From an uncultured delta proteobacterium (lineage in GTDB: Bacteria; Myxococcota_A; Polyangia; Polyangiales; Polyangiaceae), in contig CAWDXG010000004.1 of the NCBI GenBank assembly GCA_963806225.1, positions 2,400,001 to 2,464,000 of the forward strand: a stretch of 64,000 nt of DNA, given 5' to 3'. Below the pieces are notes generated by a model. The model saw only the letters and a list, made by a program, of their open reading frames with translations. It was not told the origin of the DNA and did no database searches. The position numbers and the translations under genes are program-made. Of the stretch, positions 61,060 through 64,000 are shown one piece after another (position 1 is the stretch's first letter; each line of letters opens with the position of its first letter).

Positions 61060-63489
61060 TCAGTAGCCGTTCGTGGCGTACTTCATCAGGGTGACGTTCG
61101 TGACCTTGCCGCCCGTGCCGATGCTGCCGGCCGACGCCAGCGCGCCGTGACCCTGGTAGCCACCGAGATTGGGCATGACGATGCATGTCTCGCCGGACTC
61201 GCACAGGCCGTTGTCGTTGCCCTTGCCGTCTCCGATGACCTCGATCGAATCGATCAGGTACTCGCTGCTGCAGGTCGAGCCATTCCACGTGGCGCCGGGG
61301 ATGAGGGCGCAGTCAGCAGAGGTGGTCGCATACCAGAGGTGGCTCCTGGCCGCGTTGCCGTTGGCGGGCGCAGAGACGATGCCGCGCGCCGCGGTGCTGT
61401 CCGACGACGACAGGTCGAAGTCCCAGATGCGGCAGTTGTCGCCCGTGACACAGGCGCCGCGGGACGCCGCCCCGGGCATCCCCGCATCGCGGCCCCAGCC
61501 ACGGTAGCGACGATCGAAGCCGGACCAGTCGCTGATGGCCGAGAAGGCCGCGGCGCCGCTGGTGTCCGACTTATTCGTGGCGTCGTCGGTCGTCACCTGG
61601 CCGATCAGGCCCGTTTCGACCTGGCCGGTGGTGACGGTCGCCGTGGAGCCATTCTGGACGGCGCAGCCGTTGGTCAGGCCCGGGTTCGTGGAGCTGCTGA
61701 TGTTGCAGCTACCGGAAAGGGTCTTCACCGACAGCAGACCGGAAAAGACGCTGTTCGACCCCTGGTACACGTACACGTCATTGGTGGCGTTGTCGGCGGT
61801 GCCCGCGTTGTGGATCTCGACGTTGTCCGTCTGCCAGATCTGCAGACCGTACTCGCTGTTGTTGGCGAGCGCAGCGTCCATCACCTGGGTGTAGGTCGAT
61901 TGCTCCATGTAGAGCCCGGCGTTGATGTTGTTCACCGCGGTGAGCCCGAGGACGACGAAACTCGACGAGTACGAGCCGATGTAGAGACCCGTCTGGCCGT
62001 TATCCGAGGCGATCAAGTTCACGATAACGTTGTTGGCGTCCTGACCGGTGGTAAGCCCCTTGCCGCCGTTGCCGATGGCGACCACGTCCGAAAACAGCGC
62101 GTCGCGGACGTAGTAGTCGGCGATGCCGTCTTGCCCGTTGTGCAGGGTCACGACGTTGACGAGCTTGCTCTCGTTCAGATAGTCGATCTCGAGCCCGAGC
62201 TTCGCGTTGTTCGTCAGGAGCAGCTGCTCGAACTGGTCGTTCTTGGTGCCATGGGTCCCCGTGCTGCCGATCATCATGCCGCTGCCGTTGTTGTCCTGCG
62301 ACGTGAAGTTCCTGTACATGCTGTAGTTCGACAGCGGCAGCACCTGGATGCCGAGGTTGTTACGCTGGGAGCGGAGCTGCTCCACATCGCTGTACGAGCC
62401 GCCGACCTCGATGCCCGTACCCGTGTTGTCGGTGGCGACGAGGTTTGTCCATTTCGAGTTGTCGGAAGTGCTGACGGAGATGCCGGTCCGGCTCGAGCCC
62501 GTGACCTGCAGATTGCGACCGACGCTGAAGTCCGCGGCGATCACGTGGAAGGTGGCCGAGCCGATGGGACCCGACATCTTGCCCTCGAACCACAGGAAGG
62601 GATGGCCCTGCGAGAAGAGCACGTCGTTGCCGGACGTGCCGGAGGTCAGGCTGACGCCCGGCTTGACCACGAAGCCGACGTGATCGGCGTTGATGGTGAA
62701 GCCCGTGCCGGTGTTCTTGGTGAAGACGTAGATCCCGCTCGGCGTCGAGAGGCTGCTGCTCGAGCTGTCGGCGATGACGGGGTTGTCCCACCACGCGCCG
62801 GGAGACGTGTTGTCCGTGTTGGTGCCATCGGTGGCGGTGACGGAGTTGTCCTTCCACGTCGGCGGCGACGCGCTCCAGTCGATCAGGTCGGACAGATACT
62901 TGCCCGGCTTCAGGCCCGTAGAGATCGCGCGCACCGTCCCGGTGGAGTCGTCACACGTCCAGTCGAAGTCGCCCAGAGCGTCGGTGATCGTGACGCCCGA
63001 GCAACTCGACAGCCCAGACAGGTCGAACTCGCGCAGCTCGCCGGCGTGCAGGCACAGATCCGGCCCCGTGCCTGCCGTCGTCGCGTCGCAGGCCGTGTCC
63101 GAGGCGTCCAGCGGTCCGGTGCCGTCGTTCTTCACGTAGTCGTTCCAGTTGGCGCCGTTGACCGGATACAGCGCCGGCGGTCCGGGGGGCCCGGCGTCGC
63201 TCCCGCCCGTCCCGGCGGTGCCACCTGCGCCCGCACCGCCGTCGGTGCCCGCACTGCCTCCGGTGCCCGCGCTGCCTCCGGTGCCGGCACCGCCATCGGT
63301 TCCGGCGCTCCCACCCGTGCCGGCGCTACCGCCGGCGCCGGAGCTGCCCGCGACGCCGCCGCCGTCTCCGGAGCTGCCGGCCGCACCGGGGTGCTTGGCC
63401 TTGTCGCTGCCGCCGCAGCCGGCAGCGAGGATGCCGGCCAAGGCCAGGGCGGCGATGGGAACAAGGCGTAGGGCAAGGGGCATGCGCAT
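61060..63489 (-). CDS. Large lipoprotein with right-handed parallel beta-helix repeats
   Basis: LAAGC lipobox, GGSAGT linker, repeated N-x-A-x-N-N-x-x-x-G turns. Confidence 0.85.
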   Translation of the reverse strand: MRMPLALRLVPIAALALAGILAAGCGGSDKAKHPGAAGSSGDGGGVAGSSGAGGSAGTGGSAGTDGGAGTGGSAGTGGSAGTDGGAGAGGTAGTGGSDAGPPGPPALYPVNGANWNDYVKNDGTGPLDASDTACDATTAGTGPDLCLHAGELREFDLSGLSSCSGVTITDALGDFDWTCDDSTGTVRAISTGLKPGKYLSDLIDWSASPPTWKDNSVTATDGTNTDNTSPGAWWDNPVIADSSSSSLSTPSGIYVFTKNTGTGFTINADHVGFVVKPGVSLTSGTSGNDVLFSQGHPFLWFEGKMSGPIGSATFHVIAADFSVGRNLQVTGSSRTGISVSTSDNSKWTNLVATDNTGTGIEVGGSYSDVEQLRSQRNNLGIQVLPLSNYSMYRNFTSQDNNGSGMMIGSTGTHGTKNDQFEQLLLTNNAKLGLEIDYLNESKLVNVVTLHNGQDGIADYYVRDALFSDVVAIGNGGKGLTTGQDANNVIVNLIASDNGQTGLYIGSYSSSFVVLGLTAVNNINAGLYMEQSTYTQVMDAALANNSEYGLQIWQTDNVEIHNAGTADNATNDVYVYQGSNSVFSGLLSVKTLSGSCNISSSTNPGLTNGCAVQNGSTATVTTGQVETGLIGQVTTDDATNKSDTSGAAAFSAISDWSGFDRRYRGWGRDAGMPGAASRGACVTGDNCRIWDFDLSSSDSTAARGIVSAPANGNAARSHLWYATTSADCALIPGATWNGSTCSSEYLIDSIEVIGDGKGNDNGLCESGETCIVMPNLGGYQGHGALASAGSIGTGGKVTNVTLMKYATNGY

Positions 63490-63534
63490 CTGGGGGCTTC
63501 CTTTCGAGCCTTGATGGTGCGCGTGCCACGCGCG

Positions 63535-63566
63535 GCGAACCATCCCCCGATCAGGGGATGGTTCGC
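63535..63566. promoter_or_regulatory. 13-bp inverted repeat (operator or terminator)
   Basis: GCGAACCATCCCC-N6-GGGGATGGTTCGC between the LuxR stop and the beta-helix gene. Confidence 0.5.
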
Positions 63567-63568
63567 GC

Positions 63569-64000
63569 CTACTCGTCGAGCGCCAACACCGCCCGGAGCT
63601 CGCCGCGGCTCGCCACGCCGAGGCGCCGGTAGACCGCGCGCAGGTGGGTCCGCACGGTCTCGGGCCGCAAGCCGAGTACGCCTGAAATCGAGGCAACCGA
63701 CGCATCGTTCGCCGCGAGCCGCGCGACGTGGCGCTGGCGGGGCGACAGCAGCTGTTCCGCAGGCGACGGCGGCGCGTCGAGCCTGAACCGATCCGCCGTT
63801 TCGTCGATGAACACGGCCAGTACGCGCCAGCGTTCCCCGGGCAGCGCCGGCACGTTCGCGAATTCCACGCGGATCCCTCCAGCCAGGCGCTGCAATCGCC
63901 CAAGCAAACCCGAAGCATGGTAGCGCGTCGCTGCATGCAGCAGCGCGCGCTCGATGCGCTGCCAGCCACGCGCTCCAATGGGACCGAGCCTCTCCTGCCA
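63569..64000 (-). CDS. LuxR-family regulator (5'-truncated by the window)
   Basis: LSPRQRHVARL...TVRTHLRAVYRRLGVASRGEL; frame is open to the window edge. Confidence 0.88.
   Translation of the reverse strand, partial: WQERLGPIGARGWQRIERALLHAATRYHASGLLGRLQRLAGGIRVEFANVPALPGERWRVLAVFIDETADRFRLDAPPSPAEQLLSPRQRHVARLAANDASVASISGVLGLRPETVRTHLRAVYRRLGVASRGELRAVLALDE

Noticed and set aside
60694..63471. 925-aa plus-strand ORF
   Set aside because: Antisense shadow of the beta-helix lipoprotein

Overview
A GC-rich (roughly 70% by eye), gene-dense bacterial chromosomal segment that looks like Myxococcota (Polyangiales-like): four Hanks-type Ser/Thr kinases, many Cys/Gly-rich lipoproteins, an FG-GAP/ASPIC protein and LuxR pairs. 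Recognisable blocks are msrA, a DUF4178-like/small-protein/membrane SpeE/DUF350 operon, a TetR divergent from a Baeyer-Villiger monooxygenase, GH73/GH75/GH5 hydrolases, a sulfatase, a complete Rrf2-sufBCDSUT-(IscA/HesB) Fe-S operon, hemerythrin-GNAT-tryptophanase, and a GMC oxidoreductase pair. The most interesting element is an internally deleted group II intron (minus strand, 30018-28862) inserted exactly after the ATG of a lipoprotein gene. Its putative EBS1 loop carries CAUG (complementary to the start codon), and its 3' end supplies a new Shine-Dalgarno and ATG, suggesting a start-codon-targeting retroelement that restores the host start. Also present are a decayed HNH/RuvA-C element with CCCACGTGGG palindromes, many apparently leaderless promoters, candidate operators, and indels that are either assembly errors or gene decay. 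No rRNA, tRNA or CRISPR array was seen. All calls come from reading motifs by eye; no database searches were run.
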